Shown here: positions 1 through 9,595 of the stretch, piece by piece
Layout of the letters: each line of letters opens with the position of its first letter
Position numbering within the stretch: position 1 is the stretch's first letter
Virus record (IMG/VR): IMGVR_UViG_2974671799_000001
Span: 128,001 to 192,000 of that record
From: a virus
Lineage: Duplodnaviria; Caudoviricetes
DNA length: 64,000 nucleotides
Direction: 5' to 3' (one strand)
Position numbers and translations under genes: made by a program
The notes under the pieces: model-generated
What the model was told of the DNA's origin: nothing
Seen by the model: only the letters and a program-made list of their open reading frames with translations
The model's database searches: none

Positions 1-24
1 ATATAATGTTTAATATTCATATAT

Positions 25-297
25 TTAAGTTTTTACGTTTACGTTTTTGATATTCATTCCTGTTTTGAATGAATCTTCATATTGTAGATTATTAATTACT
101 CTAGTGAAATTTTCACCAACTATTTCGCCATTTTTATTTTCACAAAATGATGCACCCATACAGCAATAAAATTTATGGTCTTTCGGTATTTGCTTTTTAA
201 TAGCGTCATTTATAAGTGGTTCATATTTATCAATTATAGCATCTATTTCTGATTGTGCCTCATTGATTAACCTTTTTACTTTACTAGAATTATACAT
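25..297 (-). CDS. Hypothetical protein
   Basis: 90 aa ORF; minus-strand TATATTTG host-type promoter at 314-321. Confidence 0.7.
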   Translation of the reverse strand: MYNSSKVKRLINEAQSEIDAIIDKYEPLINDAIKKQIPKDHKFYCCMGASFCENKNGEIVGENFTRVINNLQYEDSFKTGMNIKNVNVKT

Positions 298-400
298 TAT
301 AATTATTTTTTCGCAAATATAATAAAAAATTTTTTAATAAAAAGTTTGTTTTGTAATATTTTAAGTATTAAGTTTGTATCGAATTAAAAAACATTTAAAA

Positions 401-1009
401 ATGGAAACAATATTTGAAAAAATTGAAGATTTAAAAAGACAAATTTCTGATAAAGAGGATTTATTGGAGACTTTAAAGAAATTATTCAAGGAAGAAAACC
501 CATTCTTTCAAGATAATTATGATTTAAGAGAATTATATAATAGTGATACAATTATTTTCGAATCATATCTAAAAACATTTGTTGATTTAGTTAGTAAAGA
601 TTACACACCTAGTCGAGATTCATTCTATGTACAAACATTCGGGAGTTGCTTTCCGAGACACGAACCTAGAAATAGAACAAGTGATATCAGTAAGAATTAT
701 ATAACTTTTGAGATAGGTCAAAGCACAATGTATGAAAGGGTTGCATATGGTAGAACTTACGAAGAAATTGTTAAATTTATAACTTTACAAACAAGACCGA
801 TTCGTGAAATTTGGGTTAAGTGTTTAAATAGGAAAAGTGATTTCAATTTTTCTTTGGAAGAGTTCAAAAAGTTATTAATTGATGGTGATTCAAAAACTTT
901 AGAATATTTTAATGAGTTCATTGAATATAAATCGCTACCTTTGCATTCAATATTAGACGTAGATTATGAATTTAACATTTTTATAGCATATTATGAGCAA
1001 CGAAATTAA
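401..1009 (+). CDS. Hypothetical protein
   Basis: ATG at 401 after an A-rich leader; TAAGTTTG promoter at 369-376 overlaps the track's TTG start, so 401 is preferred. Confidence 0.75.
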   Translation: METIFEKIEDLKRQISDKEDLLETLKKLFKEENPFFQDNYDLRELYNSDTIIFESYLKTFVDLVSKDYTPSRDSFYVQTFGSCFPRHEPRNRTSDISKNYITFEIGQSTMYERVAYGRTYEEIVKFITLQTRPIREIWVKCLNRKSDFNFSLEEFKKLLIDGDSKTLEYFNEFIEYKSLPLHSILDVDYEFNIFIAYYEQRN

Positions 1010-3203
1010 GACAAGCATTAATCAAGGAACAGACTATAATGGCAACCCTACTTGGTTGGAACGTCAACAGGAAATGTTGGAAGATGAAGAAAATAAACTA
1101 AAATCTTCTGATGTTGATTTCTCACAACTTTCCGAAGCAGAACTAAATGAATGTTTGGTTAAGGCTGTTAGAAACATTATGAGTTGGCAAAACATCAAAA
1201 AAGACCGTTTAAAGCGACAAATTAAAGTTTGTATGCATATCATTAAGGCAATAGTTAAAGGTAAGAAAACATTTGTTGTTTCAGCACCAACAGGATTCGG
1301 TAAAACAATACTTGGATTAATGATTGATGAGTTTCTAAGGAATGCAGAAGATAAATTAAATGGTGAGGTTTTCGGGTCTTATATTTTAACACCTAACAAA
1401 TTCTTACAAGACCAATACAATGATGATTTGATTAGGTTTAATTTATCAAAAACTCATGCACAAGTAAAAGGACAATCAAACTATCCATGCTTAGAAAATA
1501 GAGAATTAACATTTGCAACAAGACCTTGTTCAAAGATTTCAATTTCGAAACTACCTAAGAAAATGTCTTGTGGTGAAATATGCCCATATGTTGTTGCTAG
1601 GAATAAAGCAATTTTAACTAAGACAACAATTTTCAATTATAACTACTATCTATCACAAATGAATAGTGTATTCCCAAAGTTACAAGGTGGTGCGCCTTTC
1701 AAACCTAGAACTGTTAGTATTTTTGATGAGTGTCATACAATGCCAAGCATTTTACAAGAAACATTCCAAAAGGAATATGAATTTTCTAAAATGGCTTATG
1801 AAATCCAAAGTAAGCTAAACCTTATAGAAAGTATGTATGGTGGTATTGTTTCAGACTATAGTAATGAACCAAAGTATAAAGAAATGATATCAAAGGTTCA
1901 GCAATTTATTGGATGGTTGGAAAAATCGGAAGTATTATTTTTAGAATTATGTGATAAGTCTTCTAGAGAAGATAATCCTTCAATGATGAATGAGAGACTT
2001 ATGAAAGTTATTTCAGTTGCAACAACTGGTTTAAACCATGTTCTTAAACTTTATACAGAAATTGTACAAGATAATTTTCCCGAAGAACAAATAGGAATTG
2101 AAATTGAATATACTGACGAGCAACAAAGTATTTTAGACCATATCGAATACTTATCAGAAATTATTGAAAGTAATGAATATCTAGAATTTCAAAATAAAAA
2201 GATTGGTTTACAGTATATGGTAGTTGATACTAAAGTTATTCAACAAAAAGAAGGTAAGTCTAAAAAGGTTGCTGTTTTCAGATGTGAAAAGACAGACGAT
2301 TTAAGTAAATTTCATGTTAATAGATTTTTAAATTATTCTGTTTTCATGTCCGCAACAATCGGTGACTCTCATAAAGAACTAATGCAATTTGCTGACGATT
2401 TAGGATTAGAAGATGTTCAAACTATTATCAATCAGTCTGATTTTGATTTCACAAAATCTCCAATTGTTCAGTTCGACCCACCTTTGAAACTAAATTTCAA
2501 AGAAAAAGAAACCAACCTTCCTAAAGTAATTAAAAGAATTGTTGATATTTCTCAATATCACCCTAAAGTTACTGGTTTGATTCATACAGGTAATTATGAG
2601 TTTCAAGATGCTTTAAAGGAATATTTAGAAAATAATGGTTTGGATGATAGATTTATTTTCTGTACAAACAATAAAGATAAGATGGAAGGTATAAGACAAA
2701 TAAACTGGGATTTGGAACACGCAGGATGGTCAAACAGAATCCTTGTTGGTGCTTCACTTTTAGAGGGTGTTGATTTAAAGGGTGATTTATGTAGATTTAA
2801 TATCTTTATGAAAGTTCCATACTTATCACTAGGTGATACACTTGTTAGACGTAAAATGAACAGGATTAAAACATGGTATGGATGGCAAACAATGATTTCA
2901 TTTTTACAGGGTATCGGTAGAGGTGTTAGAGCAAAAGATGATTGGTGTGTAACATATTTATTAGATGGTTCGTTTAAAGGATTCTTTTATAACTATGGTA
3001 TTTTACCAAGTATAATTAGAACAAGGTTGAGAAACACAACAATTTTTCAATATTTTCATGGAATGAATAAGGAAATAGTTTCACCACCACCAACACCACC
3101 ATTACCACCATTAGATGATACAGCCGAAAAAATACTTGACGAAGAGTATAAAGAGCTTAAACCGTTAGATATGTTTAGTGGTCTTTCAGGCGATTATGAA
3201 TAA
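993..3203 (+). CDS. DinG/Rad3 (XPD)-family SF2 DNA helicase
   Basis: Walker A APTGFGKT, DECH box, Cys cluster (YPC..PCS..CGEICPY) typical of the Fe-S domain, MSAT, EGVDLKGD, QGIGRGVR..DDW. Confidence 0.9.
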   Translation: MSNEIKTSINQGTDYNGNPTWLERQQEMLEDEENKLKSSDVDFSQLSEAELNECLVKAVRNIMSWQNIKKDRLKRQIKVCMHIIKAIVKGKKTFVVSAPTGFGKTILGLMIDEFLRNAEDKLNGEVFGSYILTPNKFLQDQYNDDLIRFNLSKTHAQVKGQSNYPCLENRELTFATRPCSKISISKLPKKMSCGEICPYVVARNKAILTKTTIFNYNYYLSQMNSVFPKLQGGAPFKPRTVSIFDECHTMPSILQETFQKEYEFSKMAYEIQSKLNLIESMYGGIVSDYSNEPKYKEMISKVQQFIGWLEKSEVLFLELCDKSSREDNPSMMNERLMKVISVATTGLNHVLKLYTEIVQDNFPEEQIGIEIEYTDEQQSILDHIEYLSEIIESNEYLEFQNKKIGLQYMVVDTKVIQQKEGKSKKVAVFRCEKTDDLSKFHVNRFLNYSVFMSATIGDSHKELMQFADDLGLEDVQTIINQSDFDFTKSPIVQFDPPLKLNFKEKETNLPKVIKRIVDISQYHPKVTGLIHTGNYEFQDALKEYLENNGLDDRFIFCTNNKDKMEGIRQINWDLEHAGWSNRILVGASLLEGVDLKGDLCRFNIFMKVPYLSLGDTLVRRKMNRIKTWYGWQTMISFLQGIGRGVRAKDDWCVTYLLDGSFKGFFYNYGILPSIIRTRLRNTTIFQYFHGMNKEIVSPPPTPPLPPLDDTAEKILDEEYKELKPLDMFSGLSGDYE

Positions 3204-3273
3204 AAATAAAATCCGTTTCAGTTTGTTGAAACGGATTTTTTGTATATATTTGTCAAAAATAAATTTAATAAAA

Positions 3274-4089
3274 ATGAATCTATTAGATAAATTTAATAAT
3301 GTTACTGTAAATAATAGTACTCGAATAAAATCAGATGTTTTAGCCAAGCTTAAAGAATATGAGTCTTTCATGAACATAAAAATAAATGAACTGGAAGACC
3401 AAATAAAGTACCTAAAATCGTATAATGGTTATGATGGTACTTATTTTAAAAATGTTATTGATGAATTGGAGTTTAGAATTTTGACTAGAAAAAGAGATTT
3501 TTTATCTAAATCTGTTGATTGTATTGAGGAAAATTACTTTTTTAAGTTTGATTACTATAAAAGGTTTCAATATAATAGGAATTTAGATAGTTTAGAAACT
3601 CTTAATAAAATGTATATAACGGTTGAATCTGTTTTAGATAATCTTTTCAAAATGACAGAAAATAAATCATTAGAAGTCTATGAAAAGGAATATCTTAAAA
3701 AAGATTTCAAAGAAACATTTAAAAGTGGTAGAAGTTGGGATGAAACAGAATTTTCATTTGCTAAAAATGGTACAGTATCATTAACAAATTCATGTTATTT
3801 ACATACTCATTATGGTGGTGATACAGTAATAACATCAAGTAACTTGAAAATAGAATGTTTATTTAGAGCAATCAATTTATTCATTAATGATAGTGTTGAT
3901 TTACCAAAGGTTTTTGCAGAATATGCTATAGAAACTAGTAATGGTAATTTAGAATTAGAAAGAAAGTATAAACCTGATGATGATTCAATTCTTTGTAAAA
4001 TTGATATGAACCTAAATTCTACAATTAAATTTAGATTTACTGACGCTCAAAATGCTAAAAAATTTCTAGAATTTTATGATTTTGCTTAA
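3274..4089 (+). CDS. Hypothetical protein
   Basis: ATG 3274 downstream of TATATTTG at 3245-3252. Confidence 0.75.
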   Translation: MNLLDKFNNVTVNNSTRIKSDVLAKLKEYESFMNIKINELEDQIKYLKSYNGYDGTYFKNVIDELEFRILTRKRDFLSKSVDCIEENYFFKFDYYKRFQYNRNLDSLETLNKMYITVESVLDNLFKMTENKSLEVYEKEYLKKDFKETFKSGRSWDETEFSFAKNGTVSLTNSCYLHTHYGGDTVITSSNLKIECLFRAINLFINDSVDLPKVFAEYAIETSNGNLELERKYKPDDDSILCKIDMNLNSTIKFRFTDAQNAKKFLEFYDFA

Positions 4090-4121
4090 TAAACTATAAA
4101 TATTCTAAACATTTTTAGATA

Positions 4122-4904
4122 ATGAACATTACAGAATACTTAGAAAATATTACAGAAACAAAGACCTCATGTTCATGTGGTCTTGTTTTTCAAGTTGAAG
4201 AGGCTTTAGATGGTGATTTAATTGATAAGAAAGGATATGATTTAAACGGTCGTTTCAAGTACTGGAACACAAAACTTTTCAAATCAAAGTTAAAAATAGA
4301 AGGTGGTATTAAATTTGGTAGAACAACTAAAAATGCTACTGGAACAACAACATCTTTAGTTATTAGGGATAAGAGAAATAAGAAAGTTTTCACATCTGTT
4401 AGAGAAACAAAAGTTGTAATATCTAATAAGATGAATTATACACAAGAAACTTTGGATAAAGTTTTGATACATGAATTAATTCACGTATATTTTGACGAAG
4501 TTAAAATGTATGATGAAGGTCACGGTAATAACTTTAAGAAGTTAGCTAGTGAGATTTCTAAACACATTGGGTTCGAGATTCCGTTAAAAGATAATTTTTC
4601 AGAGATTGATACTGATGTTGTTAAACCAAAAGAAGTTGGTGTTATTGTTTATGAATTTCCGCATAAAACAAATGTTACATTCATGAGCGTAAATGCATAT
4701 GATAAACATATTGCTGAATGGGAATTGGCAACATTACCAAAATATAATCTTGGTGAAGTTAAAATAACTCACGGTATAGCAAAAACATTATTAGGAGATA
4801 AATACCCTAAAGTAAGAAACCTTAAAAAATTAGCTTTATATCCAATAAGCACAGATGATGCATTGAATATGCCTTGGGTTAAAGCAGAAGAATTATTTTT
4901 ATAA
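4122..4904 (+). CDS. SprT-like zinc metalloprotease with capsid-targeting-like leader
   Basis: VLIHELIH..GHGNNF (SprT HExxH..GHG motif); N-terminus MNITEYLENITE; late promoter TATAAATA at 4095-4102. Confidence 0.8.
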   Translation: MNITEYLENITETKTSCSCGLVFQVEEALDGDLIDKKGYDLNGRFKYWNTKLFKSKLKIEGGIKFGRTTKNATGTTTSLVIRDKRNKKVFTSVRETKVVISNKMNYTQETLDKVLIHELIHVYFDEVKMYDEGHGNNFKKLASEISKHIGFEIPLKDNFSEIDTDVVKPKEVGVIVYEFPHKTNVTFMSVNAYDKHIAEWELATLPKYNLGEVKITHGIAKTLLGDKYPKVRNLKKLALYPISTDDALNMPWVKAEELFL

Positions 4905-5521
4905 TGTTAGGTTTAGAAAGATATATCATAGAATCTTTACAAGATGTAAAAACTATGAAGACGTTTAAAAAATGGTTTGGTAAGTCAAAACTTAAAAACA
5001 AAGATGGTTCACCAAAGGTTATGTATCACGGAACAAGAGCTGAATTTAATGAATTTAGAGTTAATAATGAACTTGGCGCGCATTTTGGTGATGAGGAAGC
5101 CGCGAACGCAATACTATATGGTTCAAGTGGTAAGATAATGGAAGTTTACCTTAGATGCGAGAATCCAATTAGAGTTGATGATATGTTAGCTTTTGATTTC
5201 CCTACATTATGTGAATATTTTGAAGAAGATGAACCGAATAAATTACCAAAGGAAGAACTTGAAAAAATATTGGAGTTTAAAAAGGAATGGATAGCAATTG
5301 AGTTTAATTCACCACAAGAAATAAGAAAATCTGAAAGGATGGAAAAAGAGGGTGAAATGATGTTTGTTAATTTGTTTAAGAAAATGGGTCACGATTCTGT
5401 AGTTTACAGAAATCAAAGAGAAGGTAAAGCTGATTCATATATTATTTTTGACCCAAATCAAGTAAAATCAATTTATAATGAAGGAAAATTTAGTAGAAAA
5501 GATAACAACATCTATAAGTAA
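4904..5521 (+). CDS. ADP-ribosyltransferase-like domain (ART-PolyVal type) with capsid-targeting-like leader
   Basis: FKKWFG..PKVMYHGT..F..F..GAHFG..VYL..NP..GHDSV..YIIFDPNQVKS pattern; leader MLGLERYIIES. Confidence 0.7.
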   Translation: MLGLERYIIESLQDVKTMKTFKKWFGKSKLKNKDGSPKVMYHGTRAEFNEFRVNNELGAHFGDEEAANAILYGSSGKIMEVYLRCENPIRVDDMLAFDFPTLCEYFEEDEPNKLPKEELEKILEFKKEWIAIEFNSPQEIRKSERMEKEGEMMFVNLFKKMGHDSVVYRNQREGKADSYIIFDPNQVKSIYNEGKFSRKDNNIYK

Positions 5522-6008
5522 AAAAGAATGGTTAAAAAACTCAATGATTAAGAAACCAGTTTTTCACGGAACAGGTACTTACTTTGAGATTTTCAATACT
5601 GATACTAAAACTGAATTTGGTTCACATTTCGGAACATTGGAGTGTGCAAAGTATGTAGCATATAGGAGAAGTAAAAGTCCTATAATATTGAATGTTTTTC
5701 TTAATTTAGAGAATGTTTATGAATTACCCGACTTAGGAAAGTTTACTATCGAAAGAGTTCTTAACCAATTACATAAAGATGGTATTTTCACTAAAGATGA
5801 AATTATTGAATACAATCAACTAAATGATGATGTTAAATTAGGTCTTATTAAAAAAGACTTGGTTAAAAATCATAATATTGATGGTTTCAAGTATATAAAT
5901 AATAGAGAAGATAATGGAAACTTCTCTTACATAGCATTTTACCCAAATCAGATAAAATCTATTTTCGGTGAAATGACAAACCCAGTATTAACAAATTTTT
6001 ATAAGTAA
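5478..6008 (+). CDS. Second ART-PolyVal-like paralogue
   Basis: PVFHGT..F..F..GSHFG..VFL..IDGFKY..YIAFYPNQIKS; ends NFYK versus NIYK in the upstream paralogue. Confidence 0.7.
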   Translation: MKENLVEKITTSISKKEWLKNSMIKKPVFHGTGTYFEIFNTDTKTEFGSHFGTLECAKYVAYRRSKSPIILNVFLNLENVYELPDLGKFTIERVLNQLHKDGIFTKDEIIEYNQLNDDVKLGLIKKDLVKNHNIDGFKYINNREDNGNFSYIAFYPNQIKSIFGEMTNPVLTNFYK

Positions 6009-6011
6009 AGT

Positions 6012-6092
6012 ATGAAAAAAGATTTAAGTTGGGATTTGAATTGGAATGTAATCGATTCAAATCAAATAAAAGGTATTGATGAATTAGTATAA
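6012..6092 (+). pseudogene. 26-aa ORF resembling the C-terminal motif of the ART-like paralogues (possible third-copy remnant)
   Basis: MKKDLSWDLNWNVIDSNQIKGIDELV; VIDSNQIKGI aligns with IFDPNQVKSI and AFYPNQIKSI. Confidence 0.35.
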
Positions 6093-6214
6093 AAGATACG
6101 GATTTTGTGGTTTCTTATTTGGAACTATATAAAAAATCTCACATTAAATTGTGGGATTTTTTTGTTTTTAAGTATTTTTGTATTATATTTGCGCAAACTA
6201 AAAATATTTTTTAT

Positions 6215-7789
6215 ATGATTTTAAACCAAAAGAAACACGACCCATCAAAGTACGTTTTTGTTATTGACGGAAATTATTTGATGTCAAGAATGGCATTTGC
6301 TACTGGTCTAGACTTCTTTAAAAATCCTACATCAGACTCTAAAGAGTATTTTAAAGCATTGTGTAGTGGTTTTTCTAAATTAGTCACAGATTATATAGAT
6401 GCTATAGATGATGTTAAAATAGCAATAGATGGTTACTCATGGCGTAAGAAAGTGAAAATGATAGTACCTGAAATTTATAATGATTTACCAGTTGATAAAA
6501 GGACTTATAAAGCAAATCGTAACGTGGATGAAGTACCTATGGATATGAAAGTTGTAAAAACTGTATTCAATGACTTTGCTGATATGATGAAAGAAAAGTA
6601 TAACGTTCCAAAACTTTTAGCAGATAATGCCGAGGGTGATGATTTTCTTTATTATGCTATCAAAAAGGAAATTGAAAATGGTAGAAAAGTTCTTTTATAT
6701 ACATCCGATGGTGATGCACATCAATTAGCAAATGAAAATGTATTCATTCTAAAACAGATGCCAAACGATAGACCTAATAAATTGGTAATGTGTGAGAGTA
6801 AAAAAGATGAATTTTACCCAAATCATGGAAAGGAAACATCAGCTTTAGAAAGTTATTTTGGTGCTAATGATATTAAAACTTCTGATAATCTAGTTAAATA
6901 CTTTAAAGAAGATGATATCATGGTCGCAACACCTGCTGAATTTCTACTTCTTAAATCTATGAGTGGTGATAAAAAAGATAATATACCACCAACATTTGCG
7001 TGGAAAAAACAAGATAAAAATGGTCAGTTAAAAGAGTTCAAACCAACAATGATGTTTATCAAAAAAGGTCTTGAACGCATGGGTAAAACTATAGAAGATG
7101 TGACAGTTAAAGATTTATTCGACCCTAATTTTGTTAAGGATATTTGTGTAAATACTTTAAAATCAACACCTTTAATTGACAAGGTTAATGATTTTAAGAG
7201 GCAGTATAAAGAAAATATGAAGCACGTTTTCGATAAGAAGGGTGATTTCAATCAAATGTTGATAGATACTGTTTTGGGTTCAGAAGAAAAGGTTTTAGCA
7301 CCATTATACACAAATACAAAATTGGATGGAACTGTTTTAAGACCAACATTATCTCAATTGGAATATGCTTTAGAGGTTACAGAAATTTATATGAATAATA
7401 ACCCTGAAAGTAAGATTAAGTTGGAGCTAAAGAACAATGCATTCATTCAAAAGTTTTGTGAAGTTATGCATGAATCACATCCATTAATGCGTGATATAGA
7501 TTTAATCGTTAAAATTTTCATACAAAATAGAACTTTACTATATTTGAATGATAAAACTATTCCTGATTATGTTTTAAAGCAAATGGATGATTGTTACGAA
7601 TCTCAATCTAATTTGAGGTGTGAGGTTAGTGTTATTTCGGATTTCAAAAACTTAATTTCAACAGCACCAGTATCTGAAAGTATGTTTGATGCTATAGATG
7701 ATGATGTTGAAGATGAAGAAAGTGATGTTACAGAAGAGGAATTAGATGATTTATTAGGTGGTATTAGTGGTTTTGAAACTATGTTTTAG
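6215..7789 (+). CDS. 5'-3' exonuclease / RNase H (T4 Rnh, FEN-like)
   Basis: VIDGNYL, AIDGYSWRK, YKANR, AEGDD, TSDGD, GDKKDNIP; ATG 6215 after TATATTTG at 6184-6191; ends in TAG. Confidence 0.85.
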   Translation: MILNQKKHDPSKYVFVIDGNYLMSRMAFATGLDFFKNPTSDSKEYFKALCSGFSKLVTDYIDAIDDVKIAIDGYSWRKKVKMIVPEIYNDLPVDKRTYKANRNVDEVPMDMKVVKTVFNDFADMMKEKYNVPKLLADNAEGDDFLYYAIKKEIENGRKVLLYTSDGDAHQLANENVFILKQMPNDRPNKLVMCESKKDEFYPNHGKETSALESYFGANDIKTSDNLVKYFKEDDIMVATPAEFLLLKSMSGDKKDNIPPTFAWKKQDKNGQLKEFKPTMMFIKKGLERMGKTIEDVTVKDLFDPNFVKDICVNTLKSTPLIDKVNDFKRQYKENMKHVFDKKGDFNQMLIDTVLGSEEKVLAPLYTNTKLDGTVLRPTLSQLEYALEVTEIYMNNNPESKIKLELKNNAFIQKFCEVMHESHPLMRDIDLIVKIFIQNRTLLYLNDKTIPDYVLKQMDDCYESQSNLRCEVSVISDFKNLISTAPVSESMFDAIDDDVEDEESDVTEEELDDLLGGISGFETMF

Positions 7790-7792
7790 GAT

Positions 7793-8332
7793 ATGAATAG
7801 AAATTTAACTAAAGTAGGTGTAGATGTTGATGGTGTTTTCCTCGACTTCTACAGACACCTTTGTAATCGCAAAGGAATTGATATGATGATGCTTGATGAG
7901 TGGACTAATGATGAAATTAATGAAGTGTTTTATTCGATAATAGGTGATAATGAATTTTGGCAGACAATTCCTGCATTAAATATTCCTGAAATAATAACAT
8001 TTGATTTTGATTATTATATCACAGCATTACCACCCGAACATGAAAATGATAGGAAAATAAATCTAAGAAATTTAGGATTTCCTGATAAACCAATTATTGT
8101 TTCTATTGATAAGGTTAATGATTGTATTAAGCATGGTATTGGTTTAATAATTGATGATAAAATAAGCACTATTGAGGAATGTAACAATGCAGGTTTAGAA
8201 ACTATACATTATAAACCTAATTACTATACTCATAAATATGCAGAAGGTTACCCATCAGTAAGAAGTATGTTAAAAGTTGGTCAATTAGTAAAGCAATTTC
8301 AGGCAAGAAATAAGAACACAAATAATGTATAA
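7793..8332 (+). CDS. HAD-superfamily 5'(3')-deoxyribonucleotidase-like protein
   Basis: VGVDVDGVFLDF (DxDGV), YITA, IIDDK. Confidence 0.8.
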   Translation: MNRNLTKVGVDVDGVFLDFYRHLCNRKGIDMMMLDEWTNDEINEVFYSIIGDNEFWQTIPALNIPEIITFDFDYYITALPPEHENDRKINLRNLGFPDKPIIVSIDKVNDCIKHGIGLIIDDKISTIEECNNAGLETIHYKPNYYTHKYAEGYPSVRSMLKVGQLVKQFQARNKNTNNV

Positions 8333-8334
8333 GT

Positions 8335-8808
8335 ATGAATATTTTAAACCAAGAAAAAACCGATACTATTACTAAAATTTCATGGAATGATTTTTTGGAA
8401 GCATTCTTTATTAAGAAAAGTATCTATAAAAAGTTAACACCTAAAGCTAAAGAAGAACATCATTTTATGTTATGTAGAACATTAGCTAAAAAAGACCCTA
8501 TTTATATCAATAAATTACAAGAATATAAACATTGGACTATTATAGATATGCTTCACAGAAAATATTATAATGGTAAAGTTATTCCTAATTTTGTGTTTTT
8601 ATCAAATAAACAAGGTAAGAAAATAGATGTTTTAAAGGAGTTTAAAGAAAATGTTATCGAATACTACTTAAAAATAAATAACATTGAAATAAAGTCATTA
8701 AAAAGGCTTTGTGAGCTTTACCCCGATGATATGAAAGTAGAGTTAAAAGAGATAGATAAAATTCTTAATTCTAAAATCAGAAAATTAAAAGGACAAAAAG
8801 TAAAATAA
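8335..8808 (+). CDS. Hypothetical protein, possibly clamp-loader small subunit (gp62-like)
   Basis: 157 aa; weak resemblance to gp62 (FM..R.L..; VIEYY); replication context. Confidence 0.35.
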   Translation: MNILNQEKTDTITKISWNDFLEAFFIKKSIYKKLTPKAKEEHHFMLCRTLAKKDPIYINKLQEYKHWTIIDMLHRKYYNGKVIPNFVFLSNKQGKKIDVLKEFKENVIEYYLKINNIEIKSLKRLCELYPDDMKVELKEIDKILNSKIRKLKGQKVK

Positions 8809-8831
8809 AAAGCCCCATTCGGGGCTTTTTT
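8808..8831. terminator. Bidirectional intrinsic terminator
   Basis: AAAAGCCCC-ATTC-GGGGCTTTTTT between convergent genes. Confidence 0.85.
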
Positions 8832-9594
8832 AGTCTAAAGAAACTATTTTTGATTTTGTTTTTGGGTAAAAATCTTTATTACTTTTATACATTTTTCCTG
8901 AAATCTGACTTTTTAATTGTGTATTTAATTTCAAAAACGGTGCAAAAAGTGGCATTAAAACAGATGATTTAATACAAATTTGTGATGCTTCTTTTGCAAA
9001 TGAATCAACTATTTCTGAAAATGCTTTAATTGTTTCATTTGTCATATCCAAAGCATCATGGTTTGTTTGTCCTAATGTTGCGGGTTCTTCTGATTTATCT
9101 TCTGAACCTAATGATATAGACTCATTTGAAAGGTGTATAACTTTATCATATTGACTATTTTTGAAATAAAGAGTATTATCCTTCCTTAAATTTATTATTG
9201 CTGATTCATCATCCTTATCATATTGTAATATTAGACCATCTTTTTCAGTAAAAAGAACCTTTACTAATCCACTCGATTCATATTCCTCTAAGTCCTTATA
9301 AAGAAGTACGGCAGACTTTGTGTACTCATTATCATCAATACCCATATCATTAGCTGATTTACCATTAAATGTGTACCAAATAGGACACATTATTTCACCT
9401 TCTATGAAGTCTATTTGTACAATAGAATCGATTGGTGGCGGGTCTAATCTATTGAATGATATATTCTTTGGTATTGCCCAAGGAATTATACTTTCATCAA
9501 CATTATCATAAAATCCATTTACACGGACTTTAACACGACCTATTTTCTTAGGGTCGTCATTATCTATTACTGTTCCAAAATATCCGTTTTCCAT
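8830..9594 (-). CDS. Baseplate hub / spike protein (gp5/VgrG N-terminal OB fold)
   Basis: YFGTVIDNDDPKKIGRVKVRV..IPWAIP..P..V.IDF..G..CP. Confidence 0.85.
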   Translation of the reverse strand: MENGYFGTVIDNDDPKKIGRVKVRVNGFYDNVDESIIPWAIPKNISFNRLDPPPIDSIVQIDFIEGEIMCPIWYTFNGKSANDMGIDDNEYTKSAVLLYKDLEEYESSGLVKVLFTEKDGLILQYDKDDESAIINLRKDNTLYFKNSQYDKVIHLSNESISLGSEDKSEEPATLGQTNHDALDMTNETIKAFSEIVDSFAKEASQICIKSSVLMPLFAPFLKLNTQLKSQISGKMYKSNKDFYPKTKSKIVSLD

Positions 9595-9595
9595 A

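Noticed and set aside
993-3203. DinG helicase as part of a type IV CRISPR system
   Set aside because: I saw no repeat-spacer array or cas-like genes in the window; the context is phage replication.
5478-5530. Programmed frameshift fusing the two ART-like genes at AAAAAAG
   Set aside because: The A run overlaps and follows the TAA stop of the first gene and is not in a usable frame; an overlapping ATG at 5478 explains the arrangement.
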